Part shown: piece by piece, positions 44,479-53,213 of the stretch
Layout: every line of letters begins with the position of its first letter
How positions within the stretch are numbered: position 1 is the first letter of the stretch
Made by a program: the position numbers and the translations under genes
Origin: Gammaproteobacteria bacterium
GTDB taxonomy: Bacteria; Pseudomonadota; Gammaproteobacteria; UBA4575
Length of the DNA stretch: 64,000 nucleotides
Assembly: GCA_965203475.1 (NCBI GenBank)
Contig: OZ241890.1
Span: 2,089,423 to 2,153,422 of the forward strand
Direction: 5' to 3'
The notes under the pieces: model-generated
What the model was told of the DNA's origin: nothing
The model's input: only the letters and a program-made list of their open reading frames with translations
Database searches by the model: none

Positions 44479-46212
44479 CTAGTTAAATGGCTCGTAATAG
44501 GGGAACGATTTATTCTCTTGAGGATTTGTAGTTTTTTTATGACTTAATTTGCGAATGCTTTCTTTAATGGCTTGATCGTGCGGATATATTTCTAAGGCTT
44601 TGCTGTAAAAATATTTTGCACGTTTTAAATCATTGCTATTTTCGTAATGTTTCCCCCAGCTCACATATCTTGCATGTATATCATCAACACCTTTAATTGC
44701 ATCAGCATTATTTGGATCCATAGATAAAATCGTATGATAGGTTTCGTATGCGTTATCCCCGCTAGGTGAGGTTAATTTTTTATTATCAAATTGTAATTTT
44801 GCTATGTTGAGTAACACTTGAAAATCGTTGGACAAGTTTTCTGACTTTTTTTCAATGACGGTTTCCTCAACTTGCACGTGAGCATCTAGTTCATTTTCTT
44901 TCACTTGATTTTCAATAGCCACATGGGTCTTGGATTCTTCATTTAAATTTGTTTGTACATTTGGCGGGATAATATTTAATGATGTCTGCTCTGTACTATT
45001 GATTGGCTCAAGATCAGTAGCAGATATGTCTTCAGCAGCAATGTCGATACTCAATTTTTGAGATACATTTTTTTCTAAAGAAATTTCTACTGCATGAATC
45101 GATGTAGATTTTTTATTAATCGGAGAAAAATGAACTAAACTAACAAATATAATGAGTCCAGTTGTAAGGGCAATGAATAAAGGTTTTTTGCCAGGAAAGG
45201 TATCAATTTTTTTTACATTAAATTTGGGTATCTCATCACTCACTATTTCAAAAACTGGCTTGTTACTATTGTTTGCTGATTCGGCTAGTGTAGTAATAGT
45301 AGGTATCTTTGTTATTTCAGCTGCTTCATTTTCATTTATAGTCTCTTTTTCGGCGATGATTTCAGATTCATTTTCTGTATCATCTTCATAGGCTAAGGGA
45401 GGGTAAGCGTGTTTTAAATCTATTTCATATTTTATAGAGTGTTGCTCTAACAAGTCTAAGATGTGGCAAGCATTTTCTTCCGTAAACTCCTCTAACTGTT
45501 CAGTGGCAGCAACGAATGAACACCATTCTAATAAAACATCTAATTTATTTAAGTCGTTTCCAATAAAATCAATTATTATCCCTAGTGATTCCTCATCAAA
45601 TGTAATACGTTTAATATTAGATTCAATTTGATAACTTTTATTTGCAATAAATTCTAAAATTGTATCTTCAGTTAGTTTATCAATAGAAATAGTTACGAGC
45701 TCATTTTCTAAAAACGTTACACTTGATATTAATTCATCTTTAAATTCAGTAGATCCCGTTAAAATTAATTTAATATCACTATTGTTATCTACTAATTCTT
45801 TTGAAGCACTAACAATTGTATTGAGCTGCTGAATTTTTAACGCGTCTGCATTGTCAAGTAAAACAGTTATTTTTTCGTTAAGACTTGCGGAGCCTTTTAT
45901 GTGGTCTATGATGTAATTTATATCTAGCGAACTGTTTTGTTTATTTTTATGTGTCGATAATTTTCTATTAGTAGAATGATTTAAAGATAGTTTATTACAC
46001 CGCATAAAAATTAAACGTGAATTTGCAGCGATCTCTACCCCGATATTTTTTACTAGTCTATTTTTATAATCACAATGTTCACTTGTAATCAAAATAAACT
46101 TTGAATCATCCGAAATTATTTTATAAATGGTATCGAGCACCTTGCGGTTGTAACTATCTGGTGACAGGGAAGAGTCATGCTCTTTTGCAAGGCTGAAGGC
46201 GCTGGCACTCAT
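44479..46212 (-). CDS. ExeA/GspA-like protein with degenerate P-loop, one TM segment and periplasmic TPR repeats
   Basis: 577 aa. N-terminal region follows the AAA_22/ExeA pattern, but the Walker A is replaced (FILITSEHCDYKNRL). TM at about residues 340-360. TPR-like C-terminus (AYETYHTILSMDPNNADA...RAKYFYSKALEIYPHD). Confidence 0.5.
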   Translation of the reverse strand: MSASAFSLAKEHDSSLSPDSYNRKVLDTIYKIISDDSKFILITSEHCDYKNRLVKNIGVEIAANSRLIFMRCNKLSLNHSTNRKLSTHKNKQNSSLDINYIIDHIKGSASLNEKITVLLDNADALKIQQLNTIVSASKELVDNNSDIKLILTGSTEFKDELISSVTFLENELVTISIDKLTEDTILEFIANKSYQIESNIKRITFDEESLGIIIDFIGNDLNKLDVLLEWCSFVAATEQLEEFTEENACHILDLLEQHSIKYEIDLKHAYPPLAYEDDTENESEIIAEKETINENEAAEITKIPTITTLAESANNSNKPVFEIVSDEIPKFNVKKIDTFPGKKPLFIALTTGLIIFVSLVHFSPINKKSTSIHAVEISLEKNVSQKLSIDIAAEDISATDLEPINSTEQTSLNIIPPNVQTNLNEESKTHVAIENQVKENELDAHVQVEETVIEKKSENLSNDFQVLLNIAKLQFDNKKLTSPSGDNAYETYHTILSMDPNNADAIKGVDDIHARYVSWGKHYENSNDLKRAKYFYSKALEIYPHDQAIKESIRKLSHKKTTNPQENKSFPYYEPFN

Positions 46213-46375
46213 TATTTTAATTTTAAAAAAGTGTAGATAATGTAAATAATATAGGATTGTTTACATTTCCGAGGCGCTATTTAGTTAAAAATAACGAATT
46301 GTGAAAAGAATCACGTAAATTAGAACTTTAACCCTGATCCTTAAAGGGTTAATGGCATTAAAGTAATCGTTTGTT

Positions 46376-46729
46376 TTAGTGAGATACGATTACTTTTTTA
46401 GCTGGATCCATATAAAAATCTCGGACGCAGGTTTTACGTGTTTGTGAGTAAATGGTATCGTTACTTACAAATTGATAGGTGCCGTAAATTTTACTAATTA
46501 AATCCAACACAATTTTTTGTTCGTCATAACTATTATTTTGTTCTAAATAGTATCCAGTGAGTTGAACTTCATCTAATCCAATATCACGGTTCATGGCGAT
46601 AACTCTGGCTGCATTGGCTTTCCAAGTACAAAATCGGACAATTTCAGGATGTTCTCCAGCAATTGCTGCTGTGCCCAAAATTGATGACAGCAGAACGGAA
46701 AAGATCAAAAAATGACTTAGGCGTAACAT
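46376..46729 (-). CDS. hypothetical small secreted protein
   Basis: 117 aa with signal peptide. Two Cys. Confidence 0.45.
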   Translation of the reverse strand: MLRLSHFLIFSVLLSSILGTAAIAGEHPEIVRFCTWKANAARVIAMNRDIGLDEVQLTGYYLEQNNSYDEQKIVLDLISKIYGTYQFVSNDTIYSQTRKTCVRDFYMDPAKKVIVSH

Positions 46730-47008
46730 AGGCGTACTCCCTGTAAATTGTGTCCTTACTACATAGGTTGCATATATCAGACCAGTTACCCAAAACCGCA
46801 GTATTTATCATAAATGTATATTTTTACGGTACTAATTTAGAGATAGGCTGTGATTTTCGATACACTGCCAATCATTAAAACATGACGAGTTTTGAACGAA
46901 ATTAAACAGTAATGGGCACTTGTTGGAACAAAATTAAGTCAGCCATACATCGTTAATAGCTAAATACACAGTTAGATTAACCACTTAATAATTATCTAAG
47001 GAGTCAAT

Positions 47009-48298
47009 GTGAGTAATAAATCTCAACTAGGATTTTCAACACGTTCAATACATGCCGGTGCAACACCGGATCCAAGTACTGGTGCAAGAGGAACACCTAT
47101 TCACCAATCTACGGCATTTGTATTTAACGATGCTGATCATGCAGCCGCATTATTTGGATTAGAAGAAGTAGGATTCATTTATTCACGGCTCACAAATCCT
47201 ACGGTAAGTGTGTTTCAAGATCGAGTTGCTAGTTTAGAAGGTGGAGTTGCAGCAACGTGCACAGCATCAGGTCATTCTGCTCAGCTTTTAGCATTATTTG
47301 CGCTTATGAGTAGTGGAGATGAATTTGTTGCTTCTAATAAGTTATATGGTGGTTCGATCACACAGTTTGGTCATAGTTTTAGAAAGTTTGGTTGGAACGT
47401 TACTTTCGTAGATCCTCTTGATCCGGAAAACTTTCGCAAAGCAATTAATGACAAAACCAAAGCTGTATTTACTGAAAGTTTAGCCAATCCAGGTGGAGTG
47501 GTATGTGATATCGAAGCCATTGCTGCAATCGCACATGATGCTGGCATCCCATGTATTGTCGATAACACACTTCCATCCCCAGTCTTATGTAGACCAATAG
47601 AATTTGGAGCTGACATTGTGGTGCACTCTACAACTAAATTTATTTCTGGGCATGGCAATGCTATGGGAGGAGTAGTAGTTGATAGTGGTAAATTTGATTG
47701 GTCCCAAAATGATAAGTATCCAGATTTAGTAAATAGTTGCAGTGCCTATCATGGGCTAAAGTTCCAAGAGACATTTGGTGAACTCGCCTATACTTTTTAC
47801 TGTATTGCGGTAGGCTTGCGTGATTTGGGCCCGAGCATGTCTCCAATGAATGCCTACTTATCACTTACAGGAGCAGAAACACTGCCTCTGCGTATGCAAA
47901 AACATGCAGACAATGCGCTAGAAGTTGCAAAGTGGTTACAAACTCATCCAAATGTTACTTGGGTTTCTTATGCAGGGTTACCTGAAAATGAGTTTTATTC
48001 ACTGCATCAAAAATATTGTCCGAAAGGTGCCGGATCAGTTTTTACTTTTGGAGTGAGCGGTGGCTACGATATGGGTTTAGGTGTTGTAAGTAATGCAAAA
48101 CTACTTTCACATCTTGCCAATATTGGAGATACACGCTCCTTAATTATTCATCCTTCATCTACTACGCATCGACAGTTAACTGAAAAACAGCAAATTTCTG
48201 CAGGTGCGGGGCCTGATGTAGTTAGACTTTCCATTGGCTTAGAAGATGCTGAAGACATTATTGCAGATTTGGATCAGGCATTAGCTGCATCAAACTGA
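47009..48298 (+). CDS. metY: O-acetylhomoserine aminocarboxypropyltransferase (sulfhydrylase)
   Basis: 429 aa. Cys/Met-metabolism PLP enzyme. PLP-Lys region HSTTKFISGHG. Confidence 0.85.
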   Translation: MSNKSQLGFSTRSIHAGATPDPSTGARGTPIHQSTAFVFNDADHAAALFGLEEVGFIYSRLTNPTVSVFQDRVASLEGGVAATCTASGHSAQLLALFALMSSGDEFVASNKLYGGSITQFGHSFRKFGWNVTFVDPLDPENFRKAINDKTKAVFTESLANPGGVVCDIEAIAAIAHDAGIPCIVDNTLPSPVLCRPIEFGADIVVHSTTKFISGHGNAMGGVVVDSGKFDWSQNDKYPDLVNSCSAYHGLKFQETFGELAYTFYCIAVGLRDLGPSMSPMNAYLSLTGAETLPLRMQKHADNALEVAKWLQTHPNVTWVSYAGLPENEFYSLHQKYCPKGAGSVFTFGVSGGYDMGLGVVSNAKLLSHLANIGDTRSLIIHPSSTTHRQLTEKQQISAGAGPDVVRLSIGLEDAEDIIADLDQALAASN

Positions 48299-48668
48299 TC
48301 TAAGCACTTATGGTCTGTTCAGGAAGGATGGGCTGTAAAATATTCCGGATAAATGGGCCTCAACCCTTTTCGTTCACTTGTATAGTTTTGTACTGAATTC
48401 AATATTCAGTTGGAGTTGGAGTACATTTTTCATGCACTGTAAGTGATAGGATTTTTATCCGTAGACCTTAGTGATTTTGGTCTGAAAATTAAATCCACTC
48501 AGTGCGTTACATATTTAATTCATCTCCCTAAAACCTGAAAATTCTTATCTAACAAGAGTCATCCAGATGGCTGAATATTGGAAGGCAAAACTAAATCTTT
48601 AAATAAAATTTATATTAGAAGCTCATTCAACATTATCGAATTGACTTCCATGTACAAAGAGGTGTGAC

Positions 48669-49169
48669 ATGAATTTTCGTTTTCTAAATTTCATTACAAT
48701 TTCATTTTTAATTTTTATTCCGTTTACAGTTTCTGCAATCTCTGTTGGCGATAATGTTCCTTCGTTTAAAGCGCGCACCATTGATGGAAGTAAAAATGTT
48801 GCACTAGAAGATTATCGAGGCAAAGTTGTGTTAGTCGATTTTTGGGCATCGTGGTGTCCACCCTGTCTTAAATCGTTACCAAAATATAATGAGCTTCGTC
48901 GTCAAATTGGCACAGCAAATTTTGAAATAGTTGCGATTAATGTTGATGAAAATACGGAAGATGCAAAAAAGTTTTTAGAAAAACATCCTGTAAGTTACCC
49001 CATTGCTAAAGATCCTAAAGGAGTGTTGCCTGGAGTATTTGGTGTGAAGGCAATGCCAACTTCTTATCTGGTGGATAAAAATGGGGTTGTTCAATATGTG
49101 CATGCTGCATTTAAGGAAGGCGATATTGAAAAACTAAGAATCAAAATCGAACAGTTAATCGCTCAATAA
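48669..49169 (+). CDS. periplasmic TlpA/ResA-like thiol:disulfide oxidoreductase
   Basis: 166 aa. Signal peptide. Thioredoxin fold with FWASWCPPC. Confidence 0.8.
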   Translation: MNFRFLNFITISFLIFIPFTVSAISVGDNVPSFKARTIDGSKNVALEDYRGKVVLVDFWASWCPPCLKSLPKYNELRRQIGTANFEIVAINVDENTEDAKKFLEKHPVSYPIAKDPKGVLPGVFGVKAMPTSYLVDKNGVVQYVHAAFKEGDIEKLRIKIEQLIAQ

Positions 49170-49176
49170 ATTTTCC

Positions 49177-49407
49177 ATGCAAAATTTATTTCAAAAGTTA
49201 ACCATCCTAGGTATTACGGCTCTAGTTGTACTGACATTTTCTGCTTGCACCACGGTTAAACCATGGGAGCGTGGAATTCTTGCCAAAAAAGAAATGGCAT
49301 GGGAACCAGATGCTCTTGCCGGGCAACTTCAAGAACATGTGTATTTTAGTAAAGAAGGGTCCTCTGGCGGCTATGGAGCTGGTGGTGGCGGTTGTGGTTG
49401 TAACTAG
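49177..49407 (+). CDS. DUF4266-like small lipoprotein
   Basis: 76 aa. Lipobox FSACTT. TVKPWERGILAK motif. Gly-rich Cys tail GGGGCGCN. Confidence 0.6.
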   Translation: MQNLFQKLTILGITALVVLTFSACTTVKPWERGILAKKEMAWEPDALAGQLQEHVYFSKEGSSGGYGAGGGGCGCN

Positions 49408-49430
49408 GTAAAAAAATTCAAAAAATTTAA

Positions 49431-50642
49431 ATGAAAAATAAATCAAGCGGAATTAGCCCGACATTAGCAGCTTTAACCTCAGCAGCGATGACACTCCCTG
49501 GTATTAGTTCAAGTGTAAAAGCGGCGGTGGCAGAAAATCAGCCTTCACTTTCATTTCAATACACACGTTATGACGAAGATTCCATTCCAAGTGGTGATGC
49601 CGACCCAAATGTTGGTGATCGTGGCCGCTATGAAATTGATGTCGCACAAATAGAATTTTTGTATCCACTGAATGAGAAATGGCAGCTTAATGGTGGATTT
49701 ACCTATGACGATATGAGTGGTTCTTCACCTTGGTATGTACGTCCTACAGATACAATTAATGCGACAGGAGATCCACTGGTGGTAATGAGTGGTGCTACTA
49801 TTGATGACACACGTTATGATTTTTCTTTTGGCGCCGAATATTTTGGAGACAATTACACGGTTGCACCTTCCGTAGGATTTTCAACGGAAGAGGATTATGA
49901 AGCCATTAGTGGGAGCCTTGAAGTTGAATATGAATTTCCGAATAAAGCGACTTCGGTAAGAGGCGGTATTGCAGTTTCCTTTGACGAAATTGATCCTACT
50001 CAGGAAGAAGGCACGATACGCGTCGACAACGAAGATAAAGAGAATTACTCCATCTTTGGTGGGGTTACTCAAGTCATTAATAAATATACTGTGTTGCAAG
50101 CGACACTTGGCGTTTCTTATTTTGATGGCTTTTTATCAGATCCTTATAAACAAGCCTGGGTCGCGGGTGCCGTGCTACCAGACAGTCGACCCGACGAGCG
50201 AACGCAATATACTTTTTCTACACGATTACGCCGGTATTCCGAATTACTTGAAGCCGCATTTCATGTTGATTATCGATTTTTTTATGATGATTGGGATGTA
50301 CGCTCGCATACATTAGACTTAGGCTTATACAAACAGACTCTTACAGGATGGGGATTTGATGCCTCCATCCGATATTATTCACAAACTCAAGCTGATTTTT
50401 ATGAGCCGTTTTATCGCACAGTACGCAGCGATGGTGAGTATTCTAGTGATTATCGGCTTTCACCCTATGGTTCCATCGCTTTTCGATTAGGAATTTCTGA
50501 AACCATCGGGAATTGGACAATTAGAACCTCGGCTGAACGTTATATCAGTGATAAATCTTATTCCATACAAACAGTTGATGTTGAGAATCCATCATTACTA
50601 GATTACACATTGTTTAGTTTTGGCATTGATTATAAATTTTAA
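49431..50642 (+). CDS. DUF3570-like outer-membrane beta-barrel, candidate flavinylation substrate
   Basis: 403 aa. Signal peptide. C-terminal FGIDYKF aromatic end. Internal S-G-A-T (aa 120-123, nt 49788..49799) matching the ApbE [S/T]GA[T/S] site. Confidence 0.6.
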   Translation: MKNKSSGISPTLAALTSAAMTLPGISSSVKAAVAENQPSLSFQYTRYDEDSIPSGDADPNVGDRGRYEIDVAQIEFLYPLNEKWQLNGGFTYDDMSGSSPWYVRPTDTINATGDPLVVMSGATIDDTRYDFSFGAEYFGDNYTVAPSVGFSTEEDYEAISGSLEVEYEFPNKATSVRGGIAVSFDEIDPTQEEGTIRVDNEDKENYSIFGGVTQVINKYTVLQATLGVSYFDGFLSDPYKQAWVAGAVLPDSRPDERTQYTFSTRLRRYSELLEAAFHVDYRFFYDDWDVRSHTLDLGLYKQTLTGWGFDASIRYYSQTQADFYEPFYRTVRSDGEYSSDYRLSPYGSIAFRLGISETIGNWTIRTSAERYISDKSYSIQTVDVENPSLLDYTLFSFGIDYKF

Positions 50643-50730
50643 TTTGTAGTCTAGTTGCGGTTCACTTTATTACTTCCATGTAACCGTGTTTTAAATTTAG
50701 TACACTGTTTTCTTTTTATATATTCCAATT

Positions 50731-51639
50731 TTGGAACTGCATACCTTTCCCTTCAAAGCAATGGGCTCGCCATGCGAGTTCCGCCTTTATGCAGAAGAAA
50801 AAAAATTTGCGAGTCATGTCGCTGATCGGGCGATTGCAGAGTTACAACGCCTAGAAAAAAAATATTCGCGTTATCGTGATGACAGTGTTACCACGAAAAT
50901 TAATCAATACGCGGGTGATAAAAATGGAATTGAACTAGATGAAGAAACATCACTTCTATTAAATTATGCCCAAGTAGGGTTTGAGCAAAGTGATGGCTTG
51001 TTCGATATTAGTTCTGGAATTTTACGGAAAGCGTGGAATTTTCGATCGAACCAATTACCTTCTCAGGAAGAAATTGACAAACTTTTACCCTTAATTGGTT
51101 GGGATAAGCTTAGTTGGAATAAGCCAATTTTGTGTTTGCCGCAAAAAGGCATGGAAGTAGATTTTGGTGGTTACGTAAAAGAATATGCGGCTGATGTAGC
51201 AGTAAATGTGTGCCGTCAAGAAGGGATTCAACATGGATTGGTTAATTTGGGGGGTGATATTTGCATTGTTGGCCCACATCCAAATGGTAATGCATGGAAA
51301 ATTGGTGTTCGACATCCGCGCAACCCCGAAATTCCTATGTCTTTTGTATTTTTAGAGCAAGGAGGACTGGCGAGTAGCGGCGACTATGAACGTTTTATGA
51401 TGGTTGGTGGAAAACGCTATGCCCATATATTGAATCCAAAAACTGGTTGGCCGGTGCAAAGCCTGGCATGTACAAGTGTGTATGCTGATCAGTGTGTCGT
51501 TGCTGGGACTTCTTCTACAATTGCGATGTTAAAAGGTGAACAGGATGGTATTAAATGGTTGGATGAGTTGGGCTTACCTTATATAGGTATGAATCAGAAC
51601 TTAGAAATTTTTGGTACATTAAAATTTGTGGAAGAGTAA
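50731..51639 (+). CDS. apbE: ApbE-family FAD:protein FMN transferase (no signal peptide or lipobox in this reading frame)
   Basis: 302 aa. ApbE core (KAMGSPCEF, GGYVKEYA, GGDICIVG). Start is TTG at 50731 or ATG at 50761. An in-frame stop at 50698 precludes an N-terminal extension. Confidence 0.75.
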   Translation: MELHTFPFKAMGSPCEFRLYAEEKKFASHVADRAIAELQRLEKKYSRYRDDSVTTKINQYAGDKNGIELDEETSLLLNYAQVGFEQSDGLFDISSGILRKAWNFRSNQLPSQEEIDKLLPLIGWDKLSWNKPILCLPQKGMEVDFGGYVKEYAADVAVNVCRQEGIQHGLVNLGGDICIVGPHPNGNAWKIGVRHPRNPEIPMSFVFLEQGGLASSGDYERFMMVGGKRYAHILNPKTGWPVQSLACTSVYADQCVVAGTSSTIAMLKGEQDGIKWLDELGLPYIGMNQNLEIFGTLKFVEE

Positions 51640-51881
51640 GAATTCAAATTCAATAGACACAAATAGTCAGTAATTATTTGGTTGCGACATAATGTGAATC
51701 TCATCACAATTTGCCTAGATATAACCTATAAAAATCATAGAAATACAAACAGTTATTGACCTAGTACTACCACATTCTTTAAAAAAGAGTTACTATTTAA
51801 GTGCCACATTGTTCCAACTCCAGTGGCATTTGTGGAAGCCTTGTGGATGGATCCATGGGGCTTTCATTACTACTGCTACTA

Positions 51882-53033
51882 TTAAAACTTCTCCTTCAAA
51901 AATTCTTCTATTTGTAATTCATTCTCTTCTGCATCTTGTTCGCCTAATTTAATTAAATGACTCAAGTAGCCAGGTTGAAACATTAATAAAGAAAGTGAAT
52001 CTGGGCTTTTTGTATCACGTGTGCCAAACCCACGTGTGAAATAACGAAAGGGTTGTGGCAATTGAATTTCATATTGACTGGCAAGCTTACCTAAATCTTC
52101 ACTGGGTCGAAGAATTAATAAGTTGATTTGTCTGAAACGATCACGTGTATGTTCAGAAATCTCTTCATACATTTCATTTATTCGATTCATATTGGCAGCA
52201 TCGTAATCCAGTAAATCTAAAAAGATTGAGTCTAATAAAATACCTATGATTTGCGCAGCAGGCACATATCCTTCAATTACGTTTTCATCCGGTGTTACTT
52301 GGCCACCTCGGAAACGGGTGGAGATTGCAAGAATTTTTGAAGCACCTAAATGCATGGCGGGAGAAAGGGGTGCAATTGAGCGAATTCCACCATCACCATG
52401 CCAACCATCGTCTAAACGAATCGCAGGAAAAACAATTGGCAAAGCAGTTGATGCCATTATATGTTCAATCGTTATTAGGGTGTTTTCACTTCTTCGCCGA
52501 GGACGTGCCCAATGTTCTTCAACCTGCCCCTGCACCCAAGTGATGGCTTTACCGGTTCCATAGTTAGTACTGGTAATACCTAACACTTGTAATAAGCCGC
52601 TATCAATATTTTGCTGAATGTCTGAAATTGGATCTGAAGCTTTTGAGCTTAGTTTCGTTTCTAAATACTTCCGAAGAGGTGCACTATCTAATAAGCTTCG
52701 TGATCTGGGAGCTACTTCACTGCCCCCTAAAATAAAACTTAATCCCCAACGCATAAAATTTTTGAAAAAATATCCGCTGTCTGTGCGAAATACTTTATCG
52801 GTACTTAATTCCAACCATAAAGTCGATAGTTCTTGCACAGCATCACTGAAAGTTCCTTGGTAAGCTGCAAGATGAACCGCATTTACCGCACCTGCAGAAA
52901 CACCTGTAATAATAGGGGGCCTAAAGGTTTTGTGTTTTTTGCAGATAAAATTTAGTACACCAACTTGGTAGGCGGCACGCGCACCACCACCTGTCATTGC
53001 TAGTCCAAGACCATCATTAATTATGTTGGGCAT
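51882..53033 (-). CDS. patatin-like phospholipase
   Basis: 383 aa. Oxyanion GGGARAAYQVG. Nucleophile elbow GVSAGAVN. Catalytic Asp in DGG. Confidence 0.8.
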   Translation of the reverse strand: MPNIINDGLGLAMTGGGARAAYQVGVLNFICKKHKTFRPPIITGVSAGAVNAVHLAAYQGTFSDAVQELSTLWLELSTDKVFRTDSGYFFKNFMRWGLSFILGGSEVAPRSRSLLDSAPLRKYLETKLSSKASDPISDIQQNIDSGLLQVLGITSTNYGTGKAITWVQGQVEEHWARPRRRSENTLITIEHIMASTALPIVFPAIRLDDGWHGDGGIRSIAPLSPAMHLGASKILAISTRFRGGQVTPDENVIEGYVPAAQIIGILLDSIFLDLLDYDAANMNRINEMYEEISEHTRDRFRQINLLILRPSEDLGKLASQYEIQLPQPFRYFTRGFGTRDTKSPDSLSLLMFQPGYLSHLIKLGEQDAEENELQIEEFLKEKF

Positions 53034-53213
53034 CTTGTTTTATAATTGTAGTAGGCCTATAAAGATAAAAAGTAATAGTAGGTACGCGATTATACAGACC
53101 ATAAATAGAGCTAATTATATTTCAGACATGTAAGAAAAAATACAATATGGAGTTCTTATTCAATATTTCTAAAAAATGAATCTTAATTAAAAAAAATTAA
53201 AACTAGTTACTAT

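Noticed and set aside
46730-47008. SAM riboswitch upstream of metY
   Set aside because: No SAM-I/II conserved blocks (no GGTGGAGGGA / kink-turn motifs) are visible in the 280-bp leader.
48300-48668. Structured element or sRNA in the 370-bp gap after metY (perfect palindrome ACTGAATtcaatATTCAGT at about 48396)
   Set aside because: It is a single short hairpin without a U-run or other conserved features, and could equally be a promoter for the thioredoxin gene. Nothing supports an RNA gene.
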